DNA from: Solirubrobacterales bacterium 67-14
GTDB lineage: Bacteria; Actinomycetota; Thermoleophilia; Solirubrobacterales; 70-9
DNA length: 64,000 nt
Reading direction: 5' to 3'
Assembly: GCA_001897355.1 (NCBI GenBank)
Contig: MKST01000002.1
Location: 351,387-415,386, forward strand
Numbering within the stretch: the stretch's first letter is position 1; each line of letters begins with the position of its first letter. Below are positions 63,703 through 64,000 of this stretch, piece after piece. A program made the translations under genes and the position numbers. The notes beneath the pieces were generated by a model. The model was not told the origin of the DNA. It saw nothing but the letters and a program-made list of their open reading frames with translations, and ran no database searches.

Positions 63703-64000
63703 CTAGTCGGCCGAGATCGGCCAGAACACCGGCTGCTGGTCGTCGTAGTAGACGTAGCCCTTCAGTGAGTTGGACGCGATCACGATGTTCTCGGGCGCCA
63801 TGATCGGGAGCTGAGGCGCCTCCTCCTCGACGATCTCGGAGATCTTCTTGTAGATCTCCGCCCGCTTGGAGTTGTCGGTCTCCGCCTTGCCCTCGGCGAG
63901 CAGCTTGTCGACTTCCTTGTTGCAGTACTGCATCCAGTTGAACGGATCCCCGCACTTGATCAGGAAGCCCAGGAAGTAGGCCGGCTCGTTGTAGGGCGCG
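63703..64000 (-). CDS. ABC transporter substrate-binding protein, family 5, C-terminal part (the ORF continues past the right edge)
   Basis: QYCNKEVDKLLAEGKAE...YKKISEIVEEEAPQLPI...GYVYYDDQQPVFWPISAD aligns by eye with the C-termini of the SBPs at 43041 and 61517. The reading frame stays open to nt 64000. Confidence 0.8.
   Translation of the reverse strand, partial: APYNEPAYFLGFLIKCGDPFNWMQYCNKEVDKLLAEGKAETDNSKRAEIYKKISEIVEEEAPQLPIMAPENIVIASNSLKGYVYYDDQQPVFWPISAD

Overview
High-GC window (by eye about 65-70% G+C, not computed), actinobacterial in type and almost fully coding: about 60 genes. I recognised no rRNA, tRNA, CRISPR array, transposase or integrase. Layout, left to right. (i) 1-12.1 kb holds mixed genes: a partial FG-GAP protein missing from the ORF track, TetR, NUDIX, GH92, YciI, a translationally coupled ycaQ-gluQ-cyclase-like trio, a sugar porter, GH43, and a GNAT + FemAB-like pair. 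(ii) DUF3105 and metF. (iii) 13.9-25.3 kb is an envelope-glycan locus: small PglC-like phosphoglycosyl transferase, GT2, GT4, GT2, Wzx flippase, Wzy_C/O-antigen-ligase-family protein, FlgD-Ig-like and LytR_C proteins, and a PglF/CapD-type dehydratase. uppP lies across a 156-nt long inverted repeat, followed by purM. (iv) 26.5-39 kb is a Ser/Thr signalling and cell-division block: a kinase, a lower-GC DUF559 cassette flanked by 51-bp direct repeats, and a 9-gene minus-strand operon (kinase-fhaA-fhaB-pstP-rodA-pbpA-pknB-ddl). (v) A CARDB protein and pheA. (vi) 41.3-64 kb is a tightly packed transport/catabolic island. It has three paralogous family-5 binding proteins, a Dpp-type ABC importer, creatininase-fold, ureohydrolase and M24 hydrolases, a class-III aminotransferase, a RocA-like aldehyde dehydrogenase, a DAO-type flavoenzyme, a split two-subunit CoA-transferase, a thiolase and an ADP-forming acyl-CoA synthetase. 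Its four promoter gaps share a 16-bp ACTAAC-N4-GTTAGY palindrome next to a TetR gene. The best candidates for something undescribed are that island and its putative regulon, two families of structured GC-rich palindromic intergenic elements (one shows a compensatory stem change), and the long inverted repeat between the glycan locus and uppP. All calls rest on reading the sequence and ORF translations by eye; no searches were run.
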